Made by a program: the position numbers and the translations under genes. Of a DNA stretch of 64,000 nucleotides, positions 10,375 to 21,457 are shown piece after piece. The notes under the pieces were generated by a model. It saw only the letters and a program-made list of their open reading frames with translations, was not told the DNA's origin and ran no database searches. The DNA is from Alphaproteobacteria bacterium (GTDB lineage: Bacteria; Pseudomonadota; Alphaproteobacteria; JAAXGF01). The DNA is taken from assembly GCA_963555825.3 (NCBI GenBank), contig CAUVXB020000002.1:2336001-2400000 (forward strand). The letters run 5' to 3'. Position 1 is the stretch's first letter, and each line of letters begins with the position of its first letter.

Positions 10375-11322
10375 TCAGGGCCGTTTTTCGTCCGGCGGCG
10401 GGAGGGTTTGCACGGTTTCGGCGAGCCATTGCAAGGCGCCCCGCGTCGCCGTCCAGTTTTCCCTGTTTTGCAACACATAGATGACCGCCTCGTCGGGTGA
10501 GCCCAGCGTGTAGTGGTCGTCCTGATGTTCGGGGATCGGCATGGCGCCGGTCAACAGAGCGGGGACATGGGGATTGCGCTTCCAGGCGGCAGCCAGGGCG
10601 GTGCGGGCATCGGCCTCATCGCCCTTGCGCAAAGCCAGCAGAGTCTTGGCGTAGGCCCATTCGGCGAACACATCATCGTCATAGGCGGCGAGCAGTTCCT
10701 CCAGGGCGCCGTGATCGCCGGTGGCGAGCAGCCAGGACGTCAGGACATGGCGCAGACCCTGATTGTCGTTGGGGTTGAGGCGCAGCATATCCCGGTAATG
10801 GCCGATGGCCGCAGCGCGCTCGCCCGCCGCCCACAGGCATTTGGCGAGACCGGCGCGGGCGCGCATGTAAGGGCGGGTCTCCAGAAGGCCCCAGAAGTGG
10901 CCGGCATCGCGCTCGAAGGCCTGCGGCCCAAGCGCCCGCTCCCCGGCGGCGGCGGCGGCCTCATAATGGCGCCGCGCCTCGACGAGGGTCTTCGCCGCCT
11001 CTTCCGCCAGCATCACATGAGCGTCGGCGCAGAGTTCGGAGATATCCAGCGCCCGTTTGGCCAGTGCGACCCGTTCGCGTTTGGCGCCCGCGTCCCAGGC
11101 TTTGTACATGAGTTCCTGGGCCTGCCAAAGCGCCGCGTCATCACCGTCGCTTCCGTCAAAGCCGGAGGACAGCCCGCCGGCGAGCTTGGCCATCACCCCC
11201 TCCAGAGCCCGACGGTCGGGCAAAGGCGGCGCGGGCTCGGACACAGGCTCGACGGCCGGCTTTTTCCTGGCGGTGGGCGCGGGCTTTCTCTTGTTGTTGC
11301 GGCGCTTCTTGCTGACCGGCAT
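10375..11322 (-). CDS. TPR-like helical repeat protein
   Basis: FWGLLETRPYMRAR and LNPNDNQGLR motifs of a widespread TPR-like family; Ala-rich helical repeats. Confidence 0.75.
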   Translation of the reverse strand: MPVSKKRRNNKRKPAPTARKKPAVEPVSEPAPPLPDRRALEGVMAKLAGGLSSGFDGSDGDDAALWQAQELMYKAWDAGAKRERVALAKRALDISELCADAHVMLAEEAAKTLVEARRHYEAAAAAGERALGPQAFERDAGHFWGLLETRPYMRARAGLAKCLWAAGERAAAIGHYRDMLRLNPNDNQGLRHVLTSWLLATGDHGALEELLAAYDDDVFAEWAYAKTLLALRKGDEADARTALAAAWKRNPHVPALLTGAMPIPEHQDDHYTLGSPDEAVIYVLQNRENWTATRGALQWLAETVQTLPPPDEKRP

Positions 11323-11457
11323 GGAGACCTCGCGTGGCGTTCACAGGAGGGTGCCAGCCTAGCGGAAACCGGGGCTCAACGCTTGTGTTCTTCTTCGATG
11401 CCCCACGCAATACTCTATGATGGATCGCGTGATATCCATGTCTTGAGGGGGAACTTC

Positions 11458-11958
11458 ATGCGCTTTGCGGATTACGGCAAACGGGTGGTGTTCGCCGCCT
11501 TCGACGGCGGCGAGATCACGTCGGACGCCGGTGTCCTGTTACTGCGCGAGCGGCCGCGCCGGATACGCCTGTTCGAACGCATGGCGGGCTGTTTCACCGA
11601 TCACCGGGATCGAGAACGCCTAACCCATACCCTTCCCGCCCTGTTGGCTCAACGGGTTTGCGGGATGGCGCTCGGCTATGAAGACATCATCGACCACGAC
11701 ACGCTCCGTTTCGACCCGGCCCTGAAATTGCTGGCCTCACCGGGAACCGAATATCCCGGGACCCCGGCTCCGCTGGCCGGCAAGTCAACGCTGAGCCGGC
11801 TGGAACAATCCTGGGAAACCGGCAACCGCCGCTATCACCAGATGGTCCCCAATCTCAAGAGCCTCTCCAACCTGTTCGTCGCGCTGTTCCTCGACGCCTG
11901 CGACACGCCGCCCGCGCGCATCACCCTCGATATCGACGCCACCGACGTGGAGACCCAT
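11458..11958 (+). pseudogene. IS1380-family transposase N-terminal remnant
   Basis: FDGGEITSDAGVLLL, GYEDIIDHDTLRFDP, TLDIDAT motifs; breaks at ETH. Confidence 0.85.
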
Positions 11959-12135
11959 CCGGCTCCTACCTCGGGTGCTTGACGGCAAACCGCTGGTCCG
12001 GCCATGGGTGGCGGATGGAGGCGCGTGGCCACAGGATTTCGGTCATGCGCTCCAGTCGCTTCCAACTAAATCGGGCTCGCTGGGACCGGCGGCGTAGCGC
12101 CCGCATCCACCGGCGTTGCAGCCTGCGGAGGAACG
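11956..12135 (-). pseudogene. Remnant of a second group II intron: maturase domain X C-terminus plus the start of domain V
   Basis: WMRALRRRSQRARFSW...IRHPWPDQRFAVKHPR* immediately followed by GAGCCGGAUG. Confidence 0.75.
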
Positions 12136-12678
12136 CACGGATGGACCGGCCTGATGGGCGGCACCAGGACGATATCAGACCGAAGCGGGCACTGGGGGAT
12201 CCATGAGAGCCTGCACCCGAGACCGAGGCCGCCAAATACAGACCGCGAGCGAAAGCCGGAATGAGGGCGGTGGCCGGGGAGCACCGGGTCATGGGACGGG
12301 CTGGCACCCGTTTAAGGAAGCTCTACCTGGGGGGAATGCTTCGGTCACATGAGCCGCCGCCCTGGGACGCCGCATGCGACGCCCGGCTCCATACTGCCAC
12401 GTCCCCGGCAAAACGGTCTATCTTCGGCATCGCCGGGGATAGACCTTGCACGCCAAAGCTCAGCCCCCACCAACTGCCACAAGTGATTCTCACCTTCCGA
12501 GGAGAGACCGAGCTATGAATGAACCTGGCTGGAAAGAGACTCGCGAACGAAAGAGATCCTGTGAGAACGGCAGAGCAATAATCCCCCACTGAAGCGGCCG
12601 GTCGATCCGGCTGCGGCGGACCAAAATGGGACCGCGTATAGCCTTCTGTCAGGGTTGCTCTGACTGGAAGGCGGGGGG

Positions 12679-14178
12679 ATGTATCGGGTGGAGATGTACG
12701 CGCGGGTCCGGCGGGCGTGTCGTGTCGAGGGAATGAGCACCCGCGAGGCCTCGCGGGTGTTCGGGCTGGACCGCAAGACGGTACGCAAGATGCTGTCGTT
12801 CTCGGTGCCGCCAGGGTATCGCCGAAGCGCGCCGCCGAGGCGGCCAAAGCTGGGTCCGTTCACGGGAATCATCGATCGGATCTTGGAAGACGATCGGACC
12901 AGCCACCGCAAGCAACGGCACACGGCGAAGCGGATCTTCGACCGTCTCCGGGACGAGTACGGGTTCACCGGCGGCTACACCATCGTGAAGGACTATGTTC
13001 GTGAGCAGGGGCTTCGGTCGCGTGAGGTGTTCGTGCCACTCTCCCATTCCCCCGGTCACGCCCAGGCGGACTTCGGCGAAGCGATGGCGGTGATCGGCGG
13101 CGCGTTACGGAAGATCCACTTCCTTGCCTTCGACCTTCCCCACAGTGATGGTTGCTTTGTTGCGGCCTATCCGGCGGAGACGACCGAAGCATTCTGCGAT
13201 GGCCACAACGCGGCGTTTGCCTTCTTCGGCGGCGTCCCCCGATCCATCCTGTACGACAACACCAAGCTGGCGGTTGCCCGGATCCTGGGCGATGGGAAGC
13301 GGCAGCGAACGCGCGTCTTCACGGAGCTTCAGTCCCACTATCTGTTCGAGGACAGGTTCGGCCGGCCGGGCAAGGGCAACGACAAGGGCAAGGTCGAGGG
13401 ACTGGTCGGCTTCATCCGGCGGAACTTCCTGGTCCCCGTCCCGCGTGCCGAGAGCTTCGCGGCCCTCAACGATGCTCTCGCCGAACAGTGCCGCCGGCGC
13501 CAGGCGGCGCGGCTGCGGGGCCACAAGGAGACCATCGGCGAGCGTCTCGAGCGGGATCGTCAAGTTCTCTTGCCATTGCCGCCTGCTCCCTATGATGCCT
13601 GCGATAAGCGCCCTGGACGGGCGAGTTCGCTGTCGCTGGTGCGTTACCGCAGCAACGACTATTCCGTGCCCGTGGCCTACGGCCACCGTGAGGTGCTCAT
13701 CCGGGGCTACGTCGATGAGGTGGTGATCAGCTGCGGGGCCGAGGTGATCGCCCGGCACCGCCGGTCCTACGACAGCGAGGACCTGATCTTCGACCCGCTG
13801 CATTACCTGCCCTTGATCGAGCAGAAGATCGGCGCCCTCGACCAGGCCGCGCCATTGGCGGGCTGGGACCTGCCCGAGGCCTTCATCACTCTGCGGCGGC
13901 TCCTCGAAGCTCGTATGGGCAAGGCAGGCAAGCGCGAGTACGTCCAGGTGCTCCGTCTACTGGAGACCTTCCGGCTCGAGGAGGTCGAGGGTGCGGTCGG
14001 CGACGCCCTGCGGCTCGGCGCAATCGGCTTTGATGCGGTGAAGCACCTGGTACTGTGCCGCATCGAGCGGCGGCCGCCCAGGCTCAACCTCGACGTCTAT
14101 CCGTATCTGCCGCGCGCCCGGGTCGCGATGACGTCCGCCAAGTCGTACATGAGCCTGCTGTCGGGGCTCGGCGCATGA
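12679..14178 (+). CDS. istA: IS21 transposase IstA
   Basis: As copy 1. Confidence 0.95.
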   Translation: MYRVEMYARVRRACRVEGMSTREASRVFGLDRKTVRKMLSFSVPPGYRRSAPPRRPKLGPFTGIIDRILEDDRTSHRKQRHTAKRIFDRLRDEYGFTGGYTIVKDYVREQGLRSREVFVPLSHSPGHAQADFGEAMAVIGGALRKIHFLAFDLPHSDGCFVAAYPAETTEAFCDGHNAAFAFFGGVPRSILYDNTKLAVARILGDGKRQRTRVFTELQSHYLFEDRFGRPGKGNDKGKVEGLVGFIRRNFLVPVPRAESFAALNDALAEQCRRRQAARLRGHKETIGERLERDRQVLLPLPPAPYDACDKRPGRASSLSLVRYRSNDYSVPVAYGHREVLIRGYVDEVVISCGAEVIARHRRSYDSEDLIFDPLHYLPLIEQKIGALDQAAPLAGWDLPEAFITLRRLLEARMGKAGKREYVQVLRLLETFRLEEVEGAVGDALRLGAIGFDAVKHLVLCRIERRPPRLNLDVYPYLPRARVAMTSAKSYMSLLSGLGA

Positions 14179-14939
14179 CCGACACACCGCAAGTGCTGCT
14201 CGCCCACCACCTCAAGACGCTGAAGCTGCCGACCTTCCTGCGCGAGTACGACAAGATCGCCCGGCAGTGCGCCTCGGAAGGCGTCGATCACGTCCGCTAC
14301 CTGTTGAGACTCGCCGAGCTCGAGCTGATCGACCGCGAGCGCCGCATGGTCGAGCGGCGCATCAAGGCGGCGCGCTTCCCCGTGGTCAAGAGCCTCGACA
14401 GCTTCGACTTCAAGGTCATCCCCTCGCTCAACAAGGCGCTGGTCCTGGAGCTGGCCCGCTGCGAGTACATCGAGCGCCGCGAGAACCTCATCGCGCTCGG
14501 CAACAGTGGGACCGGCAAGACCCACATCGCCCTCGGTCTCGGCCTGGCGGCCTGCCAGAAGGGCCTCTCGGTCGGCTTCATCACCGCCGCCGCGCTGGTC
14601 CACGAACTCATCGAGGCCCGCGATGACAAGCAGCTGCTGAGGTTCCAGAAGAAGCTCGCCACCTACAAGCTTCTGATCGTCGACGAACTCGGCTTCGTGC
14701 CGCTGTCGAAGACCGGCGCCGAGCTGTTGTTCGAGGTGTTCAGCCAACGCTACGAGCGGGGCTCGACCCTGGTCACCACCAATCTGCCCTTCGACGAATG
14801 GACCGAGGTGTTCGGCTCCGAGCGCCTCACCGGCGCGCTCCTCGATCGCCTCACCCACCACGTCAACATCCTCGAGATGAACGGTGACAGCTACAGGCTC
14901 AACCAGAGCCGCAGGCGTCAAACCCCGACTGCTAACTGA
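14175..14939 (+). CDS. istB: IS21 helper ATPase IstB
   Basis: Identical protein to copy 1. Confidence 0.95.
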   Translation: MTDTPQVLLAHHLKTLKLPTFLREYDKIARQCASEGVDHVRYLLRLAELELIDRERRMVERRIKAARFPVVKSLDSFDFKVIPSLNKALVLELARCEYIERRENLIALGNSGTGKTHIALGLGLAACQKGLSVGFITAAALVHELIEARDDKQLLRFQKKLATYKLLIVDELGFVPLSKTGAELLFEVFSQRYERGSTLVTTNLPFDEWTEVFGSERLTGALLDRLTHHVNILEMNGDSYRLNQSRRRQTPTAN

Positions 14940-15169
14940 ACCGACCACCCAGCCCACGCTTGACCCCGTGGGCCCACAGGTCCCTCCCGCGCGCGCCGCC
15001 GCGTCAGCCTGTTGAGGGCACGCCGCGTCGCGCGCGGGGCCCTCCCGTGGACTACGGGGACAAGCCCGCAGCCGCCAAGCGGTCCCTTCTTACACCGCCG
15101 AGGTGGTCCCTTTTTGCTCCGCCATTGACAGTCGGGCCCGGTCATTGGTTATTTGGTCGTCTCAGCCGT

Positions 15170-15673
15170 TCAGCGTTCGATGACCCCACAGGCGATGCGC
15201 GGCCCCGCGGCGCCGGCCGGGTCGGACTTGTAGTCGTCGGCGCCGGCGTGCATGACGATGGCCGCGCCGTCGGCGTCGAACAGCGCGTCGTCGAGCGCCA
15301 GCCTCTTGTTCAGAACCTCGATTGTCAGCGTGCCGTTAGCATGGACGTGAACGTTCGGCATGTCGCCAGCATGCATGCCGCCCTTGCGGGTGATGCCGTG
15401 CTTCTTGCCCTTCGGGTTGAAGTGCCCGCCGGCCGACTTGAAGGGTGCGTCGCATTTGCCGACGGCGTGGACGTGAAACGCGTGCGCGCCGGGCGCCAGG
15501 TTCCACAAACTGGCCGATAGCAGCACGCCATTCGGCGTCTGCTTCAGGCCGACCAAACCGACGCTCTGGCCGTCGGCGTTCATCAGACTGGCGCTAGCGG
15601 TTTGCGCCTGGGCCGCGCCGGTGGTTAAGAAGATCGCAACCATGGCGGATGCGATCGCGATCGGAAGCCTCAT
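15170..15673 (-). CDS. sodC: Periplasmic Cu/Zn superoxide dismutase
   Basis: Signal peptide; HAFHVH, GGHFNP, HAGD, HAGADD, GPRIACG motifs. Confidence 0.95.
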   Translation of the reverse strand: MRLPIAIASAMVAIFLTTGAAQAQTASASLMNADGQSVGLVGLKQTPNGVLLSASLWNLAPGAHAFHVHAVGKCDAPFKSAGGHFNPKGKKHGITRKGGMHAGDMPNVHVHANGTLTIEVLNKRLALDDALFDADGAAIVMHAGADDYKSDPAGAAGPRIACGVIER

Positions 15674-15699
15674 TGGTCACCTCCCTCGGGGATCATTAA

Positions 15700-17343
15700 T
15701 CCGACATTCCCCAGATGATATCCAAATTCGCGGAAATCGTACCACGGCCCCATCTCCAAGGGAACTCTGTTCCCATTGCAGCCATCCGATGACATGATTT
15801 TGGTAATCGGCCAGCGCGTGGAAGGCCATTTGGTCGTTTCTCTTGCCATCCAGACACACCTCTCGTGTCGCAATCTCCTTGCCGTCGATTCCCTCGGCCT
15901 ACGCCGGAGCGGGTCTTCGTCGTAGATCATCAATCAGGCTCAAGATTTTCTGGAACAAGCTTCTGGTGACTGCAACCTCGGCCAATTGAAATGTGACGTA
16001 CCGGCCATGGCTGACAACTTTCGCACCGATCTTGACCAGCTTCTCCCTCAGCGTCGTCAGCGACCATTGCTCCACGGCATCGGGCAACGCCAGGGTACGC
16101 ATGAAGTTGCCGAGGTTATAGGCGAGTGCATGCAGCTGGAGCCGGACGGCATTGTTGCGTAACGAACGGCATGACAGCCGCGTCCACTTGATGGCGTTCT
16201 TGCCTTCCTTGATCCATTGCTCGGCAGTGCCGCGCTGATTGTAGAACGCAACAACCCGCTCGGCAGGACGGCTCAGGTTGGTGACGATGAAGCCGACGCG
16301 GGGATACAGTTCCCCTGAGTGCCACTCCACCTTGGCGACGACCCGGCGGGGCTTCGTCCAGCTACCGGCCCGATAGCTGAAGTTCGCGTAATACCGACGA
16401 ACTTCCTTCGGCGGCCGACCGACGGGGCGCTTGAGCAGGTGCGCGATGCTGTCGTGCAGCACCTTGTTGGCCGGAAGCCGGATGGCGTACTTGAAGCCTT
16501 CCGCTTCCAGAAACTCATAAACCTCGGGCGAGGCGAAGGCGGCGTCACCACGGAAATAACGCCGGAGTGTCTTGTTCCGGTATCGAGCGACCACCGGGTC
16601 CAACACATCGCGCCATTCATGGGCGCTGTGCACGTTGCCCGGACGCAGGGCGCAACGCTCCAGATCGCCGAACTGGTTGAACACGAACAGCGGGTGATAG
16701 CACGTGCAGCCGAAGTGACCGTTGTAGGCCGTGCCCTCCTGGTCACCGTAGGTCGGGCTGACGGAGCTGTCCATGTCGAGCACGATAATCTTCGGCGGCT
16801 TGCGCTCGTTAACCTGGTCGATCCAGATGCCCAAAAGGTCAGCGAGCGCGGCGAGGTTGTCATTGGTGGCGAGTAACTCCGTCTCGAACCGGCCCATCTG
16901 GCTGGTCGATGCGCCGCCGCGCTCGACAGCCCTGCCGCCGACGATCCACCGCATCGCAGGATCGCGCCCCAGCCGGTCGGCGTCGTTCACGTCCTCGTAC
17001 CCGGCGAGACGACCATAGACGGATTGGCGAAGGAGACCGATGATGCCGTGCCAACCGTTCTTGCCGGTCCGGCTGTCAGCAATAACGTCACCGGCCAGCG
17101 TGGTCAGGCCGAGGGCTTCGTCCAGTTCACGATAGGCGAGCAGACCAGCGTCTGACGTGATCCGCGAACCGTGGAACTCGAACTTCAGTCTTCGGTCGAA
17201 AAACGCCCGCAGAAGCCCCCGATCCGACTCACCCTCCAGGTTCCGCATTCGACCCACCCTCCGTCTGATCTAATCCACTGATTCTTATACAGGAATCAGA
17301 CGGAAACCGCATCAGATGGATCGGTCACTTGGGGAATGCGGGG
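15700..17343 (-). mobile_element. IS1380-family element; transposase 15899..17257
   Basis: IRs with CATTCCCCA core; TTAA duplication (15696-15699, 17344-17347); intact 452-aa DDE ORF. Confidence 0.93.
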
Positions 17344-17584
17344 TTAAGTGTATCAACCATGGCTTTCCGGACCGGAACTGGATACGTCACCGGTATACAC
17401 CCAACCGCCATTCTTCTCTTTCTTTCAGCACTCCGCGACAACTTGCGCGGTCGCGCAACCCTTGAGCTCATTGCTCTTCGAGGTATTGTCAAGTTAATTG
17501 ATTGTAGTTTGTTCTCGCCATTTCTCCATGAGACTAAGTCATAGAAATTGCGTAAAGCAGCAAGCGGCAATTTACGGCGATTTG

Positions 17585-19036
17585 GGGAGATGTCCCGGTC
17601 GATGTTGAAAAGTTGAGGTAGGTGTCGCTCTCCTGGAGCCGTTAGGCTCCGGGTGCTGCAAACCCAAGAGGGAGAACGACACCATGGGAAAGAATATCCG
17701 TAGTTCCAGTAGCCCGAAAGCCCTTGCCACCTCGTTTCCTATGCCGCCGCTGGCAGACGCGATGGACGCAGTCCGTCTCAGCGTGGATCGGTTCTGTCTC
17801 CTGGCCGGGGTCGAGGCCTTGGCCGAGATGATGGAGGAGGACGCCACGACCGTGTGCGGGGCCCGACATCGTCGCCATGGGAACCGTCGGGGTTATCGCT
17901 GGGGCCATACGCAGAGCGAGATCGGCTACCACGGCGGCCGCGTGAAAGTGCAGCGGCCACGGGTTCGCGACCATGCTGGCAAGGAGGTGGGTTTGGAGAG
18001 CTGGCAGGTGCTGCGCGACGGCAACCTGTTGCTCGAGTGGGCGCTCAACCTGATGGTCCTGAACGTGTCGACCCGCAAGTACCACCGCGCGGTCCGTCTG
18101 CCCGAGGGCGACCTGGCGAAAGCGCGTGGCGACGGCACCTCGAAGTCGGCCGTTTCCCGGCGCTTTGTGGCGCTGTCGCGCAAGAAGATGAAGGCCTGGC
18201 TCGCCTCGGACCTCTCGGAGCTCGACCTGCTGGTCATCCAGATCGACGGTCTGCATGTCGGCGACCATGTCTTGGTGGCGGCGATCGGCGTCGATGGCAA
18301 CGGCGACAAGCATGTCCTGGCCGTGGTCGAGGGGGCGACGGAGAACACTGTCGTCGTCCAGGCCTTGCTCGACAATCTCCTCGCCAGGGGGCTCGATCCG
18401 ACGCTGCCCCGGCTGTTCATCGTCGATGGCGCGAAGGCGCTCAGCAAAGCGATCCGCAACACCTTCGGTGTGGCCGCCGCCATCCAGCGCTGCCAGGTCC
18501 ACAAGGGCCGTAACATCATCGAGCGCCTGCCCCTGCATTTGCATGCAAGCGTCAAGAAGGCGCTCCGTCAGGCCTGGGACCAGGACGACGCAGACAAGGC
18601 CGAACGGCTGCTGCGCAACCTGGCCCGGCGTCTGGAGCATGAGGAACCGGGCGTCTCGGGCAGCATCCTGGAGGGGCTGGACGAGATCCTCACCGTCATC
18701 CGCCTCGGCCTGCCGCACGAACTCCGGCGCTCGCTCGCCTGCACCAACATCGTCGAGAACGCGCTCGGCACGGTGCGCCAGGTCACCCGCAACGTCAAAC
18801 GCTGGAGACACGCCGAGATGGCGCTCAGATGGACCGCCGCCGGCCTGCTGGAGGCCCAGAAAACCTTCCGTCGCCTCAAGGCCTATCGTCAGCTGCCCAT
18901 CCTCCGAAATGCTCTCCAGGAACACTTGAGAAAGGCTCAGGCCGACAGTGCCATTGAAACCATCATGAAGGCAGCATAGCATCATCAACCAGCGACGCCT
19001 GCCCCACGAATTTCAACAGAGATAGGGACATCGCCC
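17585..19036 (+). mobile_element. IS256-family element; transposase 17684..18979
   Basis: GGG(A/C)GATGTCCC IRs; IDGL, IVDGAKAL, QRCQVHK, TNIVE motifs; no TSD. Confidence 0.92.
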
Positions 19037-20349
19037 TGTGGTAAACGAGGGCGAGCTTGGCTCGTCCACGTTTTCCCCGGGCCAGGTTTCGCCGGCAGGC
19101 CCGCTGGGACTTGGCCAGCGGTGGACGGTGACGCGCAAGCGTGAGGTTGCCCTGCGGCTTTTGCGTGGCGAGCCGGTGGAACTTTTGTCGCGGCAGTTGG
19201 GCGTGGAGATTTTCCGGCTCGAGCAGTGGCGTGAGAAGGCGATCGCCGGGATCGATGCCTCGCTCAAGGAACGCAAGGGCGATCCGGTGAAGGCGGAACT
19301 GGACATCGCCATGAAGCGGATCGGGGAGTTGATCATGCAGGTGGAACTGCTGGAGGCCAAGACGGAGACGTCCGGCCCTTTGGGGCGGCGGAGGTCGCGG
19401 CGATGAGTGCCGCCACCTCTCCCGGCACGGGTTTGGCCTACGGCCTCCAGCGGGTCTGTGCGGCCTGGGGTTTTGCCCGTTCCTCGTTCTACGCCATGAA
19501 ATCCCGGCAGCAGGCCACCGCTGAGCGCCCACCAGCAAAGCGCCGGGGACCGAAGCCCTCGATCTCGGACGAGGCTCTGCTGGTGGCCATCGAGGCCGAC
19601 CTGGAGGCATCCCCCTGGGAGGGCGAGGGACACCGCAAGGTCTGGGCTCGGCTTCGGGTCTGTCGTGGCATCCGTGTTTCCCGCAAGCGGGGGCTCCGGG
19701 TGATGCGCGAGAACAACCTGCTCTCGCCCCATCGCTGCCGCCGCCGTGGCGGAAATCCCCATGTCGGTGAGATCATCACCCATGCCCCCAACCTCATGTG
19801 GGGCACGGACGGCGTTCGGGTGTTCACGGTGGACGACGGCTGGGGCTGGATATTCACCGCCATCGAGCATTGGAACGCCGAGTGCGTCGGCTGGCATGTG
19901 TGCAAGCGAGGCGACCGCTTCGCCGCCCTTCAGCCGATCTCCATGGGGCTTGCGAGGCTGTATGCCTCGACCTCCGCCGGTGCGGCGCGGGGGCTGGCCT
20001 TGCGGATGGATCACGGCTCCCAGTATCTGTCGGACCACTTCACCAACCAGATCAAGTTCTGGGGCATCCAGCCGTCCTACGCCTTCGTCGAACAGCCCCA
20101 GACCAACGGCGTCGCCGAGAGGTTCAATCGCACGCTCAAGGAACAGATCATCCATGGCCGCATCTACCGCAACATCGCGGAGCTGCGGAACGCCGTCCGC
20201 GGGTTCGTCGAACAGTACAATGCCCAGTGGATCGTGGAGAAGAACGGCTACCTGAGCCCCGCTCAAGCTCGTCAGGCGTGGCACACCGCGATGTCACTCA
20301 GGCCCGCCGCATGAGACAAACTTGTGTCCAAGGAACCGGGTGCGATACA
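19037..20349 (+). mobile_element. IS3-family element (type B), 5'-truncated by IS256; orfB 19403..20314
   Basis: Matches the copies at 27289 and 60730 but lacks the left end. Confidence 0.92.
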
Positions 20350-20589
20350 CCGGCACGAGGCGTTGACATTTCCGCACCAATTTATCGTGTAAAGTGCGTA
20401 GGCGGCCGCCCTTACGAAAATTTTCTCGCATAGGGATTCGTTTGTAGTTCCCAACAGCTGCACGATGTAATTTCTGTCGGCCAGCGCCTTTGTCGGCCCG
20501 CCCGCGAAGACGATGACGGCGCAAAGAATGGCAAAGATCATTGCAGCCGGTCGCCCTTTAAGAACGCCAATTCGCAATCTGGAAGTCAT
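20350..20589 (-). pseudogene. Putative secreted protein, 3'-truncated by IS3
   Basis: Hydrophobic signal with ALA cleavage motif; frame runs into the IS end. Confidence 0.45.
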
Positions 20590-20634
20590 TCGTTCCTCCT
20601 GTCGAAAATCCCGATTTCGTTGAAGTCCATCGCC

Positions 20635-21057
20635 CTAGCCGTCGTAAAACAGCATGAACCCAACCGCCGCCGTGATCTCGCTGATCGCCTTGCCCAGCGC
20701 GTCACCTTGCAGCTCTTCCCCAAAATCAACCGTAATGAACGCATTGGGACTCGATTTGCCTTCGAACCCGCCAAACCCTTCGATCGGCTCGCCGAATGTC
20801 GCAACTTCTTCGAAATTCGTATTGAGAAACAGGGCAACGGCTATTGCTTGGCGCTGCGTAAATCCACGCCAACTCGCGAAATTCTTTGTCGCCAGCTTGT
20901 GGCTCACCTCTGCGCCGATGATCGGGCCCGCGTCTTTGCTCGGGATCGCTTCGAATATCACCCGACAGTCGGGTTCCCCCGCCTGGGCGCCGGAGACGGA
21001 GAGCCACAGAAACGCGCATATGAGCGCCGCGCCGAAATGTCGAGCGAAGTGGGTCAT
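20635..21057 (-). CDS. Hypothetical secreted protein (possibly truncated)
   Basis: AAGGAAGGA RBS; signal peptide ending AQA. Confidence 0.55.
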   Translation of the reverse strand: MTHFARHFGAALICAFLWLSVSGAQAGEPDCRVIFEAIPSKDAGPIIGAEVSHKLATKNFASWRGFTQRQAIAVALFLNTNFEEVATFGEPIEGFGGFEGKSSPNAFITVDFGEELQGDALGKAISEITAAVGFMLFYDG

Positions 21058-21457
21058 TGCATGGGATCCTTCCTTGGTCGGCGACGTCGAGGCGAAGGGC
21101 GGTCTTGCCACTCGCCACGCCCACGACGGACGTCGATCGCGGGATCACGTCCCGGATCGCCGGTGTCGTCCACGATCCGCTCCGCCAATCAGATAACCGA
21201 TCGCCTCAGGTACGTCAGAATCGCATTCGACCAGACCGGTCCGGTTGATCCTACGTCTCGCCCATCGCGATTCCGGTTCACACCGGTGTCGCATGTCCAA
21301 TGTCAGTCTGGGCGCCTCGATGCACATCCGTACGACCGTCAATCCGGGCGATAGCTACGTTATGTGGGCTAGTTACTCGACAAATCGTTCGCACTTAACA
21401 ACATTACCATCAGCATTTCTCAATTGTGTTCGATGATTCGGTTGTCCTGCTTTAATC

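Larger units (their letters stand above)
12562..15130 (+). mobile_element. IS21-family element, copy 2
   Basis: Near-identical to 1586..4155; no flanking duplication. Confidence 0.95.

Noticed and set aside
12200-12561. IS110 left end or bridge-RNA-like non-coding region
   Set aside because: GAGGAGAGACCGAGCTATG looks like an IS110-type translation start, but no DEDD transposase sequence follows before IS21, so it cannot be supported
1586-15130. Composite IS21 transposon carrying nirK
   Set aside because: Copy 1 has its own GATAGC duplication inside the integrase and the outer flanks of the pair do not match
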